A DNA stretch of 64,000 nucleotides, taken from positions 64,001 through 128,000 of the IMG/VR virus record IMGVR_UViG_3300022890_000014; one strand, written 5' to 3'. This document shows, one piece after another, positions 1-10,526 of this stretch. Both the position numbers and the translations under genes were made by a program. Each line of letters starts with the position of its first letter. The first letter of the stretch is position 1. This stretch comes from a virus. The notes under the pieces are model-generated. The model did not search any database. It worked only from the letters and a program-made list of their open reading frames with translations, and was not told where the DNA came from.

Positions 1-61
1 TCCAGAGACCAAGATAACTCTTCTCGTAAAAGAAGACAGTACGTTCATAAAATCATCTGTC

Positions 62-442
62 GTGTACGGTGTTCAGATAGAACAGCCTATACATGAGTTC
101 GCAAAGATGATTATGGGTGTTAAGGTATTTGAGAAGAGAGAGAAAGAGAATACTATACTCACCATAGGAAACGAGGTTATTCCTGGTGGGCTGTATATTC
201 TCTATAGTGTACTCGAACAACAAATGCTTTGTATGAATTTCTATACAGAGGCAGAAGCAAAAGCTTACAAGAACCACTTCGTTTATCTGGACTCAAAATA
301 TCAATTAGGTCAGTTCGTTCCTCATAAGGTTCAAACAAGCTTCCCTCAACATCCTTGGTTCAATGGAGACTTTATTAATCCAGCAGAACTATCTTTTCTT
401 ACTATATCTAGCAATAAGGTTGCAAAGGACAGCATGTCATGA
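62..442 (+). CDS. hypothetical protein (start uncertain)
   Basis: ORF with ATGA overlap into the next gene. Confidence 0.6.
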   Translation: MYGVQIEQPIHEFAKMIMGVKVFEKREKENTILTIGNEVIPGGLYILYSVLEQQMLCMNFYTEAEAKAYKNHFVYLDSKYQLGQFVPHKVQTSFPQHPWFNGDFINPAELSFLTISSNKVAKDSMS

Positions 443-684
443 TCATATTGATTGTTGAGATAGCAGAAGATGTAGATACCTGGGTTTACCTAATCGATAC
501 CAGAAAGATACTTGGTGTCAGATCGGAGGACTACAAGTACAAAGACCAGATAGACGAAGCTATGTCTAGTAAGGATAAATCTCTGTCTGGATGCACAGTG
601 TTCATGTCACACGGCGACATGCCTAAATCAATATGTGTTAAGCCACCACAATTTGTGGAACACATGATTGAGTTTTCATACTAA
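439..684 (+). CDS. hypothetical protein
   Basis: ORF translationally coupled to the upstream gene. Confidence 0.65.
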   Translation: MIILIVEIAEDVDTWVYLIDTRKILGVRSEDYKYKDQIDEAMSSKDKSLSGCTVFMSHGDMPKSICVKPPQFVEHMIEFSY

Positions 685-716
685 TGCGTAAGCCTTACGC
701 AAACGGAGAAAGTCTA

Positions 717-1220
717 ATGATCGAATACAAAAAGGTTGGAGAACTAGCTAACATTCACTGCATATCAGAATGGGACAGATGTCAAGTAGAGGAGGCTATC
801 GAGCTACTGCAATTTCTATTCAAAAGAGGAAGCACCGAAGTAAAAGACTTCGAGTGGGAAGATGTTCACATGTTCGCTGGATGCAACGGAAGTATATTTC
901 TTCAAAATAGACATGAACAAACAGCTGCGTACTCGAAATCAGACAATGAAATACTTCGTGTATATGATTGCTCATGCGGAGAAGAGATTCTTGGGTATGA
1001 AAATCTCCTTCAGCATATGGTAGACGAAACTGTTAGGGCTGTTGTTTTTGGAGATAGAGATATAAAAAGTTGTGGAGATTTCTTCTATGGTGTGTCGGGG
1101 ATAGACAAAGGAAAAATAGAGGAGTTATGGGAGTGGATAAAAAAAGAAATGAAAGAATGTGGCCTTGGAGATCCAGATCCAACAAGTCTAGAGGAATTGC
1201 AAGGAAAACAAAAAGGATAA
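717..1220 (+). CDS. hypothetical protein
   Basis: GGAG upstream of ATG 717; the longer MRKPYA start in the ORF track runs through the palindrome. Confidence 0.7.
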   Translation: MIEYKKVGELANIHCISEWDRCQVEEAIELLQFLFKRGSTEVKDFEWEDVHMFAGCNGSIFLQNRHEQTAAYSKSDNEILRVYDCSCGEEILGYENLLQHMVDETVRAVVFGDRDIKSCGDFFYGVSGIDKGKIEELWEWIKKEMKECGLGDPDPTSLEELQGKQKG

Positions 1221-1429
1221 TAAAAAAATATGATGTAGCCATACTTGTGGCTATATGGTACATCGGTGTGATAATCTTCTGCTATACACAATAAAAAAAG
1301 GGACAATCCGGTAGCCAGCCAGAAAGTCCCTTTCTTTATTGGAGAAGGTCTAATGAACAACTCTTATGCGGAGGTTGTGACGCAAAGGAGTATGCGTACA
1401 TAGTCTCACACTGTTGTTCATTTGTCAAC

Positions 1430-1738
1430 TTATATTTTTTTACACAATGTACATATTTTTATCCTAGGCATCAACATTTGTTTTCTGCCAAACTCTTCTT
1501 TTATTCTATTTATTTCCGACAATGAATGTTCGACTAGTACATGTATATTTTTATTTCCACACAAACAACATCTTGATGATGCATTTTTAGGGATAATTCC
1601 ACGAGAAAGCCAAGAACCCCACGTCACAGTTTTATTCTTTCTGTTCAATGGATACTCTTTTTCAGACTCTACTACGTGAGAACCGCCCCACTTATCAGAT
1701 GATTGTCCGATAAGTTTTATTGATGTGGCCTTAGCCAT
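1430..1738 (-). CDS. hypothetical protein with CxxC pairs
   Basis: CCLCG and CTLCK motifs. Confidence 0.6.
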   Translation of the reverse strand: MAKATSIKLIGQSSDKWGGSHVVESEKEYPLNRKNKTVTWGSWLSRGIIPKNASSRCCLCGNKNIHVLVEHSLSEINRIKEEFGRKQMLMPRIKICTLCKKI

Positions 1739-1755
1739 CTAGTTACACTGACCAT

Positions 1756-2268
1756 TCATGTCGAGTTCCTTTCACACATCTTGCATAGTAACTTGTGGGC
1801 TTCTCTATACCCATCTGTTTTTGCTTTTACGAACACTCTTCTTTTTCTTTCTAAACCTTTTGCCCACCTCTTACATTTCTCACACCTTCCATTCATCATG
1901 CACCAATAGCAATAAGGAAGAACTTTTCCTTCATCTCCTGTTATCCAGAAGATATTTCTGTCTTCATATACCTTATCGCAGTTCGAGCATACTGATTCTG
2001 GATCTTGCAAGTATGCTTCTGAGTATAGGTCAAGGATTATGTAGTGCTTGCACCACGAATTCCTTTGTCTAACCCTTGTCATCTTATTTCCAACACTAGA
2101 GGAGTTAAGCATCTCTAGTGCATCTTCTATCATAACCTCCTTTATCGACTGCCCATATAGTTCTTCTGAAAGAATATCGTCTAACCTTCTGACAACAGAG
2201 ACTATTTTCTCCTCATACTTCTCTGGGTTATTGAAAATATCCATAAGGATTGATTCTGACATAAGCAC
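1756..2268 (-). CDS. hypothetical Cys-rich (Zn-finger-like) protein
   Basis: CSNC, CYWC, CEKC, CKMC motifs. Confidence 0.65.
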   Translation of the reverse strand: MLMSESILMDIFNNPEKYEEKIVSVVRRLDDILSEELYGQSIKEVMIEDALEMLNSSSVGNKMTRVRQRNSWCKHYIILDLYSEAYLQDPESVCSNCDKVYEDRNIFWITGDEGKVLPYCYWCMMNGRCEKCKRWAKGLERKRRVFVKAKTDGYREAHKLLCKMCERNST

Positions 2269-2568
2269 CTACTCTTTCAGTTTTCTTTCATCCCTTAAGT
2301 CTTTCAGGAAGTATATTATCTCTTCGTCGGATAGTATCATCGCCCCTAGGTTTTCTGCCTTCATTCTCATTGGTGCTGATAGATAAAACCTAGGAACATG
2401 CTCATCTGAACCTTTCACGAACCACTTGTCAGACCAACCTAAAACATGAACAAAATCTCTCAGGTCTTCCTCTTTTTCTGAGAATAGATAACACCAGTTA
2501 GGTCCATACATTGAAGCACCTTTTGGTAGCTTCCTAGCATTTAGATAGAGTCCTGATAAATATATCAC
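2269..2568 (-). CDS. DUF4031-like protein
   Basis: WCYLFS..EEDLRDF...LG....WF....PRFYL...R.KA..LGA pattern resembles DUF4031. Confidence 0.55.
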   Translation of the reverse strand: MIYLSGLYLNARKLPKGASMYGPNWCYLFSEKEEDLRDFVHVLGWSDKWFVKGSDEHVPRFYLSAPMRMKAENLGAMILSDEEIIYFLKDLRDERKLKE

Positions 2569-2595
2569 TGTCCCTCCTTGCGTAAGCCTTACGCA

Positions 2596-3321
2596 TTACG
2601 TGTGCATCTGAGATTTCTCATGGTCTACAGACAGACCACCATTCATTACTATTGCAGAGTTTGAGGTTCCAACAAGCATGTACTCGAAGTCCATGTACAT
2701 ACTGTCGTCATCTTCTATCTTTCCGTTACTGAACATCACGATGCCCTTAACATTAGAAGGGTATTTGCTAGCTATTGAGTCTACAGTATTAGACATGTTC
2801 TTACAGGTAGACATAAGAGAGATCCACCTTTTGAGCTTCATGAATCTTTCTGATGGTTTGGTTTTAGATTTTATAGATTTATATCTTGCTGTGTTGTCTT
2901 CTCCACGAAGTAGATTATCAACATCCATTCCATTGATCTTTTCTTCTCTTCCAAGAAGCATTTCAATAAGATGTCTTCCATCTATGCGTCCTGCCATGTC
3001 AAGAATGTGTGGACTCATTATGAGTGAATAAAGTGAGTTTCTAAGTATGTCTGAGATAATTTCATTCATCTCGACGTACTTTTCAATCATGCTTTTGAAT
3101 ATCTGATAAGTGCCTTCTCCTTTTGAAAGAATCCTGTGCGCTGGAGATCTAAGACTTGTTGACAGAGTATATTCAGTAAACTTAGTGTTCAATCCTAGAC
3201 CCCTGAAGATGGATATTATATCTCCATCTTCTTCCATGCATCTAATCATTCTTGATTGACATAAGTTGTCTCTAGAATTGATGATTGATCTTGGAGTTGC
3301 AAACCAAACTGCTTCTTTCAT
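2596..3321 (-). CDS. hypothetical protein
   Basis: 241-aa ORF with GGAG upstream. Confidence 0.75.
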   Translation of the reverse strand: MKEAVWFATPRSIINSRDNLCQSRMIRCMEEDGDIISIFRGLGLNTKFTEYTLSTSLRSPAHRILSKGEGTYQIFKSMIEKYVEMNEIISDILRNSLYSLIMSPHILDMAGRIDGRHLIEMLLGREEKINGMDVDNLLRGEDNTARYKSIKSKTKPSERFMKLKRWISLMSTCKNMSNTVDSIASKYPSNVKGIVMFSNGKIEDDDSMYMDFEYMLVGTSNSAIVMNGGLSVDHEKSQMHT

Positions 3322-3348
3322 GGCGATCTCCTGTTAGTGTAAATTGTA

Positions 3349-3378
3349 TTGACCTTCTATCTTGTACCAATATATAAT
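3349..3378 (+). promoter_or_regulatory. sigma70-like promoter
   Basis: TTGACC-N18-TATAAT upstream of ATG 3410. Confidence 0.5.
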
Positions 3379-3409
3379 GATTCATCACCCATGCATTGAG
3401 GAATGTAAA

Positions 3410-4462
3410 ATGAACAAACTAATGGTTCCTGGTAAATACATCAAGTCTATTACTACCGAGAAAGTTAACACGTACATAAAGGCAATAGCTGCTCTAAACA
3501 TAATTGCTTTGCAGGACGGAACAGATAGTATAGGACATATAGCTATAGCAGCAGAGAAGGAACTCAAGAGGTTCTCTAGTAAAAAGATTGAAGATCTAGC
3601 ATACGATTACAGCGGAAAGGATTCGTTTGTATCAAAAATGGTAGATGTGTGTAGGTGGGATTGGACTATACCTGGAACACTCCCTATACTTCTAGTAAAA
3701 AACTTACTTATGGCCTACAGGACCAGGTTGATGAACTGGGCTACAGGAAAGGAGTTTGGGGAAGCTATTCACAACAATGGCTTTGATAGGGGAAATAAAG
3801 AGAATAGAATGGACAACTTTCCATCTTTGCTTACGAGTCAACTCGAAGCTCTTGAGTTCATGGATAGCACATTAGATGCCTCTACTATGGCTATGTCCAA
3901 CTTTGGGATGTTTAAGCCTTTCTCTGGTGTAAACGAAGCTAGTGCTGTTCTTTTGAAGAGCCTTGTTGATATATGCTCCGCTCTTAAGCAAGCATGCAAC
4001 CCTATAGCTTCGGCATGCAACTGGAGATCAAATCTTCCTGTTCACTCCTTGTACATGATGACAATAAGAGCTATATCTGGAGGATCAATCATACCTACCT
4101 ATGATAATCACAGCAAGGAATACAGTCAGTCTCCAAACCTGAATATGCATTCCTTAGACATGATGATGTGCAAGAACCTCAATGATGTATACTCTGAACT
4201 ACACATGTTCGGACAGCAAATGGCAATCATATTCTTTGAGAAATCAAACTCCCCAATTGGCACAGTCGGCGGTGATATGATTAAAAAAATATCAGACATG
4301 CTGATATTCGAGTCCGTTTGCAAGATGGTTGGTTCCAAGGATAGGCTTGTCAGTAAACTAAGTTCCAAACTTAAGACAAACCTTCTGTTTGGAAGAAGTC
4401 GTATAGAACCACTGCTTAAGCTAATTCATGTGGAGTCTCAACTCCCTCGTTGGATTAGCTAG
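3410..4462 (+). CDS. hypothetical protein
   Basis: Long ORF; GAGGA upstream of ATG 3410. Confidence 0.75.
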   Translation: MNKLMVPGKYIKSITTEKVNTYIKAIAALNIIALQDGTDSIGHIAIAAEKELKRFSSKKIEDLAYDYSGKDSFVSKMVDVCRWDWTIPGTLPILLVKNLLMAYRTRLMNWATGKEFGEAIHNNGFDRGNKENRMDNFPSLLTSQLEALEFMDSTLDASTMAMSNFGMFKPFSGVNEASAVLLKSLVDICSALKQACNPIASACNWRSNLPVHSLYMMTIRAISGGSIIPTYDNHSKEYSQSPNLNMHSLDMMMCKNLNDVYSELHMFGQQMAIIFFEKSNSPIGTVGGDMIKKISDMLIFESVCKMVGSKDRLVSKLSSKLKTNLLFGRSRIEPLLKLIHVESQLPRWIS

Positions 4463-4770
4463 TCTACATATCTCCATCTCCCAGACTTTGTTACTCTTGT
4501 CTCCAGTTCTGGAAACTCCCATAGTTTATTATTAAGGAACCATCTTCCAGAACACTGAGACACATCTACCCCAGGTATTCCACTTAACCTACTTCTTGTG
4601 GTTTGTGTCTTTTCACCACAGGAAGTAATGTGTATTCCTCCTTCTTTTAACCACGCTATCTTATTTCCAAACAGAAACATTTTGTCGCCTCTAACTGCCG
4701 TGTTGGTTCTGTGGAAATATCGTCCCTCAACTAATGCTTCACCTGCTCTGACTGATTGCTTTCTTGGCAT
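4459..4770 (-). CDS. hypothetical phage protein
   Basis: ORF with GGAG RBS. Confidence 0.7.
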   Translation of the reverse strand: MPRKQSVRAGEALVEGRYFHRTNTAVRGDKMFLFGNKIAWLKEGGIHITSCGEKTQTTRSRLSGIPGVDVSQCSGRWFLNNKLWEFPELETRVTKSGRWRYVD

Positions 4771-4828
4771 CTTTTACTCCTACATGTTTTGTGGTTCAGT
4801 AAAAGACTTATACCCAATTGCGTAAGCC

Positions 4829-6649
4829 TTACGCATCATCAACATCCCTGAGTGACTCCCATATATTCTCAATATTAGGAACCAAGAAATCATCCATGCT
4901 AAATCCAGTAGATGTGATGGTCTGAGTTCTCTGTTTCTTTCTCATCGAAATCACAACCTTTTCATCACGGGTGTTTCTTGCTACGAGGAAGTATGCAAAA
5001 ATTGGTCTTTCTTGTCCATCTCTGTAGTTTCTATCGAATGATTGCTCGAAGTGCAGTAAGTTATCTGATAGAGAGAAGTAAAACATATAGTTAGCACACT
5101 GCATATTAGTCCCAACACCAACCGAAGCAGGATGAGCTACAAGAAAAATCTCTTCTGGCTCATCTAAGAACTTATCAAGAGCCTTCATTGTTTTGCCAGG
5201 TGTTTGCCCACCATAGGCAACCCCGTGATTTATACCTTTCTTTTTTAGCATTGCAGATATACTTCTGACTTCATGCTGAAACGAACACCATATTATTCCT
5301 TTGTTCTCTCTTATTTGAACCATCTCATCTACAAGTTCCTCAAGACACTCCATTTTTGCACTTGGTAGATCCTTCACTTCTCCTTCATCAGACTTGAAGA
5401 ATCCACTTGTTGCCTGTCTTAGTTTTGTGAACTTTGGAAGTAATTGTTCATATGAGGCTTGATGACCTTCATGCTCTGCAAACTGATCTTCGCATAGGTG
5501 CTTATAGAACGAACCTTGCTTTCTTCCCATCTTCACAGTCTTTAGAATGAGCGTTCTTTCTGGTAGGTCAAGCACGTCCTTCTTCATAAATCTAACTATG
5601 AATGGAGCTAGATGGTCTGCTAGCTGCCCTTCTGCCCCTCTCTTTGGAACCCAGTTGTATGAAAACTTGTTGTACTGGTATTTTTCGCGATAGGTTTTAT
5701 AATGTGTATCGAGTACGATACCGTTGTCTAGGAACTCGAATTGCCCGTAGTAGTCATCAATGCCGTTAGGTGCTGGAGATCCGTTAAGTATCATCTTGTG
5801 ATTTGCACTCTCAGATATTTTCTTTATCTTCTGTAGAGTCTTTGACTTCCAGTTCTTTATACCAGCAGACTCATCAACAATAACTAGATCTGGACCCCAA
5901 TCAATAATCCTAGGCATAAGACCAGCCAATGCTATGCTTGGGTTGCACAATATGATGTCGCACTTGGAGTCGAAGCAATCATCTATGTATCTCTGCTTCT
6001 TTTTACTAGTGAACTCAGACCATAGTATCCTATGGTCTAAAGACGTGAACTTTCGTATGTCACTTCTCCATGCATTCTTCATGGTAGATAATGGCGCTAA
6101 TACGAATGCTCTATCTATTATGCCTTGCTCAATGAGGAATTCTGCCCATACAAGAGACACATATGTTTTTCCAATACCCATGTCGAATAGAATTGCATGT
6201 GTATCCCTGACACCTAACTGCTCAAACATCCATCTTAGTGTTACTTGCTGATGCTTTCTTGGGTCCATCAGTGGAGACATCGCTCTTGGTAAATCAGGTA
6301 CTATTTCGTCATTCATGTAAGGCAATATGATTTCTTGCCTAAGTCTTACTAGAAGTTCTCTCTGTTTATTGTATATAGAATTCATCTTCTCAAGATATGA
6401 CTTTCTCATGTCATATTCTCTAGTCGATTCTATGTCAGGAACTAAGTCCTCAACTAGCTCAAGATTAACTCTTGACGCCTCCATTGTTATTGCGCCTGAG
6501 TCAGTCGGCGTAACATTGTAAAACATAGAGTGGAGTGCTGACTCCTCGTTCATATCTTTGTATTTAGGCTTGATTCGGAAGAATGATCTGTCCTCATAGT
6601 AGAATATATCTTTTTTCATTAGTTTCTCCATATAAGTATTTTCGGACAT
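4829..6649 (-). CDS. SNF2-family (SF2) helicase/ATPase
   Basis: Motifs DMGIGKT, VIVDESAGIKN, LNGSPAPN, GVGTNMQ, QSFDRNYRDGQ. Confidence 0.9.
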   Translation of the reverse strand: MSENTYMEKLMKKDIFYYEDRSFFRIKPKYKDMNEESALHSMFYNVTPTDSGAITMEASRVNLELVEDLVPDIESTREYDMRKSYLEKMNSIYNKQRELLVRLRQEIILPYMNDEIVPDLPRAMSPLMDPRKHQQVTLRWMFEQLGVRDTHAILFDMGIGKTYVSLVWAEFLIEQGIIDRAFVLAPLSTMKNAWRSDIRKFTSLDHRILWSEFTSKKKQRYIDDCFDSKCDIILCNPSIALAGLMPRIIDWGPDLVIVDESAGIKNWKSKTLQKIKKISESANHKMILNGSPAPNGIDDYYGQFEFLDNGIVLDTHYKTYREKYQYNKFSYNWVPKRGAEGQLADHLAPFIVRFMKKDVLDLPERTLILKTVKMGRKQGSFYKHLCEDQFAEHEGHQASYEQLLPKFTKLRQATSGFFKSDEGEVKDLPSAKMECLEELVDEMVQIRENKGIIWCSFQHEVRSISAMLKKKGINHGVAYGGQTPGKTMKALDKFLDEPEEIFLVAHPASVGVGTNMQCANYMFYFSLSDNLLHFEQSFDRNYRDGQERPIFAYFLVARNTRDEKVVISMRKKQRTQTITSTGFSMDDFLVPNIENIWESLRDVDDA

Positions 6650-6721
6650 TATCTTATACCTTGGTATAAGTATAGTACGCGTAAGCCTTACGCAACAAAC
6701 AATAAAAAAAAGAGGTGTGTC

Positions 6722-7189
6722 ATGGACAGGCAGTACTACAAGGTCGTTAGAAGGCCGGAAAACTTCGTCGAAAAGTATCCTGAGTATGTATCTCAGTCAA
6801 GTATGGTATTCGAGCTGAAATATCGTCCTGATGAATGGACTAAGGCGATAGAAGGAACTGGCGTACTAGTTCACTACTTGGATGATGACGGACTATTTGA
6901 ACTTGCTAGATTCTTTAGACATGACCCATTTGCTGTTTTCAAAGTATCTGTTGAAGATGAAGTTCAGATGCCAAGCAAAAGGATTATAAGCAGCGGTTAC
7001 TCTGCGATAGTTGATAACTGGGTATATAGAAGTGGGATATTAGGAGAGGCTGAAGATTTGATTGCAGAATTTTGGGCTAATGAAAAACTTAATGTAAAAA
7101 CATCAACATGGCCCATACACTCCAAGGCATTCATAAGAGTCAAGTTGGTCAAAGAGGTGAATTATGAAGAAGTACTACATAATATATGA
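6722..7189 (+). CDS. hypothetical protein
   Basis: ORF with GAGGTG RBS. Confidence 0.75.
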   Translation: MDRQYYKVVRRPENFVEKYPEYVSQSSMVFELKYRPDEWTKAIEGTGVLVHYLDDDGLFELARFFRHDPFAVFKVSVEDEVQMPSKRIISSGYSAIVDNWVYRSGILGEAEDLIAEFWANEKLNVKTSTWPIHSKAFIRVKLVKEVNYEEVLHNI

Positions 7190-7529
7190 GGACACAACTA
7201 GAGATTGGGTTGAACATATATTGAGAAACACTGGAAGGATGTGGACTAAATTCCTGTATCTCCCAGATGATAACGATGTTGCATACCTAAGGTGTATAGG
7301 CTACACATCTGAGAATAGAGGAACAGAAGCGGGGGATGTGCCCAAATCAACTCAGGAGTTTGCAGAGTTTGACAACACTCATAGAAAGACTCAGTATATA
7401 GACAGTATGCAGATGTTCGAGGAAGAAGACTTTCCAGAATACATGCCTTCTTTATTCAAGGTATACTTAGGTGAGTTTCCGTCAAAAGAAGAAGCTCTAG
7501 AATACTACAAGAATACAGATCTTGCGTAA
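7164..7529 (+). CDS. hypothetical protein
   Basis: GAGGTG RBS; stop codon lies in a palindrome. Confidence 0.7.
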   Translation: MKKYYIIYEDTTRDWVEHILRNTGRMWTKFLYLPDDNDVAYLRCIGYTSENRGTEAGDVPKSTQEFAEFDNTHRKTQYIDSMQMFEEEDFPEYMPSLFKVYLGEFPSKEEALEYYKNTDLA

Positions 7530-7550
7530 GGCTTACGCGAAGGACTAACA

Positions 7551-7886
7551 ATGACATTCTCAGAATTGTTTACGAATTTCCTGAAAGAAGAAAAGCTACT
7601 TAATGAAGGTGGAGAGTTCCGCACATGGGACAACAAACCAAGAATGATACGCAGAAACAGCAGTAACTTGGCGTCAAAACTATATAGCGAAGTAGTTAGA
7701 GCAAAGAGAGAAGATACCGGCATTATCTCTGATGAATGCTGTATTATATTCTGTACTGAAAATATGATTTCTGTAGTTGGCGGGGTAGACTCTATTCATG
7801 GTATAGAGAGTAAGCTGGAATACATGGATGAAAGAGCTTCTACTTCGGATTTTCCAACGCTACCAACTCCCCAACAAAAGAAGTAG
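7551..7886 (+). CDS. hypothetical protein
   Basis: ORF with AAGGA RBS. Confidence 0.65.
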   Translation: MTFSELFTNFLKEEKLLNEGGEFRTWDNKPRMIRRNSSNLASKLYSEVVRAKREDTGIISDECCIIFCTENMISVVGGVDSIHGIESKLEYMDERASTSDFPTLPTPQQKK

Positions 7887-8370
7887 GTAGCACATTCAGT
7901 GTGGCCTTGACTCTTCCAATTTCAGATGGCTTCAATTCAGAGATGGGAGTACCTGGGGCTATCTTGATTTCGATTGAGTCTCTAACGATACGAGAAGAAA
8001 CAAAGTCTATCTTACCAAGGATATTCTGAGTTTCTTTGTCTCTAATAACAATAGAGAAGGACTCTTCTGCGTTGGTCTTGCTAAACGGACATTTGATTGT
8101 GCGCTTGCTTGCAGCTAAGAGTTCATCGTATTCTTTTTTTACCGCACTGATAGTGACCTTGGCTTGCTGCCTCTTATTCCTGCTATCGTTGACTGTGTTA
8201 AAAACAGTCTCTAACTCGTACCCCCTCTCAATACCTTCGTTAATCATTGACTTGTCAATGGAATCCAGAATGTGAGTAACATCCATGAGGTGTTTTCTTG
8301 ACTTTCTCGGATCTATGATTACTGTAGATCCGTCACCAAATGCTGTTATCGGCTTTGCTTTTTTTGACAT
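7840..8370 (-). CDS. hypothetical protein
   Basis: ORF with GGAG RBS. Confidence 0.7.
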   Translation of the reverse strand: MSKKAKPITAFGDGSTVIIDPRKSRKHLMDVTHILDSIDKSMINEGIERGYELETVFNTVNDSRNKRQQAKVTISAVKKEYDELLAASKRTIKCPFSKTNAEESFSIVIRDKETQNILGKIDFVSSRIVRDSIEIKIAPGTPISELKPSEIGRVKATLNVLPTSFVGELVALENPK

Positions 8371-8450
8371 GATTTCTCCAATTTGTTTTTAATATAATGA
8401 CGTGCTGATTGTAGACTATCAATCAGAGTAAGTCAACAGTAAGGATTGTA

Positions 8451-8975
8451 ATGATGCTGGATACACTTATGGTTATGGATGTTGACATTCTGACAAAGCG
8501 CGTGTCAGTGGCTAGGTTCCGACTTAGACCATTAGGACTGATAGGTGTTGTATACGGAGAGTCTGAGTATCCTTATGATGATATAGCCGACATACTGAGA
8601 CAAGCAACTATATGGCAGACGTATGATAGAAACTCTATCCTACTAATACCTGATGGTGCTATGTCTCTTGAATGGTCTTCTTTCTTCTCTTGCTATGTAA
8701 AAAGAGAGAATGGTAGAGAAAAGCTAGTTAGTTACTGTGGACCGTTCGATGGATTCCATCTTGAGCCAGTATCAGATAAAATAAAGCTCTACTCTTTGTC
8801 TGGCAAGTTTATAGATATGATCGAGAAGAACCCTATAGAGAGGGAGTTGGAAGAGACTATTCTAAATAAAGAAGAGTGGGACTGGATGTCATCAGCAGCT
8901 ATAGCACACCTCTTCAATAGAGGGTTGTGCAGCGAAACCAATAACATGAACGGAGTCCCAGTGTTGAAGTTCTAG
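8451..8975 (+). CDS. hypothetical protein
   Basis: ORF with AAGGA RBS. Confidence 0.7.
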   Translation: MMLDTLMVMDVDILTKRVSVARFRLRPLGLIGVVYGESEYPYDDIADILRQATIWQTYDRNSILLIPDGAMSLEWSSFFSCYVKRENGREKLVSYCGPFDGFHLEPVSDKIKLYSLSGKFIDMIEKNPIERELEETILNKEEWDWMSSAAIAHLFNRGLCSETNNMNGVPVLKF

Positions 8976-9241
8976 AATAGGTCTTTTAGCTTAGGATTAA
9001 TTTTCTCACTAACAACCACTTCGTCTGCAATTTCTCCATCGTGGAATGTAATGGAAACTTTGTCAGGATTGCCTATCGAACTATTGAGAGAGACAGACCT
9101 GACTCCATTGTCCTTCATATACTTCTCAAGCTTATTGCTTGCCTTTGTCAGTCGCCTTTTTGAATCATAGAGGCGACAGTATTTTCTATGCTTATCTCTT
9201 ACCAATTGTGCTGCTTTTTTAGCGATTTCTTCTGAACTCAT
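8972..9241 (-). CDS. hypothetical protein
   Basis: ORF with GGAG RBS. Confidence 0.65.
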   Translation of the reverse strand: MSSEEIAKKAAQLVRDKHRKYCRLYDSKRRLTKASNKLEKYMKDNGVRSVSLNSSIGNPDKVSITFHDGEIADEVVVSEKINPKLKDLF

Positions 9242-9539
9242 TTTTTGCTTCTCCTTGTATTGTATCCATTATGCGCATAGACTTCCTTGGGTTCTCTTTG
9301 AATTCAACTTCGAGTCCAATGACCCAATCTCTGACATCTTTATCACTTTGATTTTCTACGCAATACCCCTTAAGTATTGCGATTAGTGTTTCTAAGAAGC
9401 TGGCTATATCATCATCTGCATCTTGACTACCCGATGATAACAGATCTTTCATCCATTTGTGAATCTTGAGAGAATCACTTTCAGCACTATCCATTTCGTG
9501 ATTGTATGCGGCGATAACTTTTTCTTCAATATTGAACAT
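9219..9539 (-). CDS. hypothetical protein
   Basis: ORF with GGAG RBS directly after a palindrome variant. Confidence 0.7.
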   Translation of the reverse strand: MFNIEEKVIAAYNHEMDSAESDSLKIHKWMKDLLSSGSQDADDDIASFLETLIAILKGYCVENQSDKDVRDWVIGLEVEFKENPRKSMRIMDTIQGEAKNEFRRNR

Positions 9540-9636
9540 CTATTTCTCCGTTTGCGTAAGGCTTACTCATTTCTATTCTTCTCCAATTTATAGGCTGAAT
9601 TGCCTACTAGATTACTTATACCTAGTTATTTCTCTA

Positions 9637-9652
9637 TGCAAGAAGCGTGCCA
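9637..9652 (-). promoter_or_regulatory. sigma54 (-24/-12)-type promoter, leftward
   Basis: Minus strand reads TGGCACG-CTTC-TTGCA, matching the RpoN consensus. Confidence 0.65.
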
Positions 9653-10132
9653 ACTATGAATGATGTGTTATCCTAGGGGTACATAGAGCATTACTTTATG
9701 CAGATGAACATTGTATCGAACGCGCAACAGAATGCTCGCTGTGTTGCTCTCTGCTATCCTCAGAGCAATCCTAGTGGATATAATCACCTAGGGAATTGAC
9801 CAGCACGGCTCAGGATTATAATGAGGAAGCTATGAGCTAGACAATTGGTAAGCCTTACTCATGAGCCGTTTCGATTCTCACCATTACTATTTGACCAGAA
9901 GCACTCTGATAGCTCCTGACAGCAAATTCTGCATAGGCTTACATACTCATTTGATACGATGTTCATCTGGACACCTAGAATCCACTCTGTGGGCACCATA
10001 TGAAGGATTCCTATATACTCATCAATTCCTACCAAACTAGTTCCCCCTAAAACAGACTTCAGACATATATACAGCCCCGCAGGTAGGTCATGAGAACCAA
10101 ATCGGAGAAAGTGATAAAACAGTTTATTTGAG

Positions 10133-10249
10133 AAAACTAATACAAGGGGTAAAACTAATACAGGGGTTGGAGGGACGAGGAAGAAAAAAGAATAGTATAT
10201 ATGAATATATATTTAAGTTTATATATTTAAATATATATAGTATTATTAC
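10133..10249. other. putative replication origin core (direct repeats plus AT-rich tract)
   Basis: AAAACTAATACA(A)GGGGT twice at 10133-10167, then a nearly pure AT tract 10191-10249, inside a 1.1-kb non-coding gap next to the primase-helicase. Confidence 0.45.
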
Positions 10250-10510
10250 TGGGTGGGCTGGCTGGGGTTAGAGATTTGCGCTTAGAATGCCTTACGGATT
10301 GAGTACTTAGAATTTTTTATTGACTATTTTCTTGATACCCATTGACAAGCAAAACGCATATATACGAGCTTACGCAACTTGGAAAAACATAAGTCCTCTA
10401 TCTATTATAATTGCTCTTTTGCGCTTTTTGTGGAAACAAACTATTAATGAGTGACAAAAAACGTCACTGTGGAATCACACAAGTATATGCATTTTGTGTT
10501 TTCTATAAGT

Positions 10511-10526
10511 TGGCATACTTCTTGCA
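10511..10526 (+). promoter_or_regulatory. sigma54 (-24/-12)-type promoter, rightward
   Basis: TGGCATA-CTTC-TTGCA upstream of the primase-helicase. Confidence 0.6.

Noticed and set aside
1297-1333. Bidirectional terminator between convergent genes
   Set aside because: An AAAGGGAC/GTCCCTTT stem is present, but the 21-nt loop is atypical; not confident enough to list.
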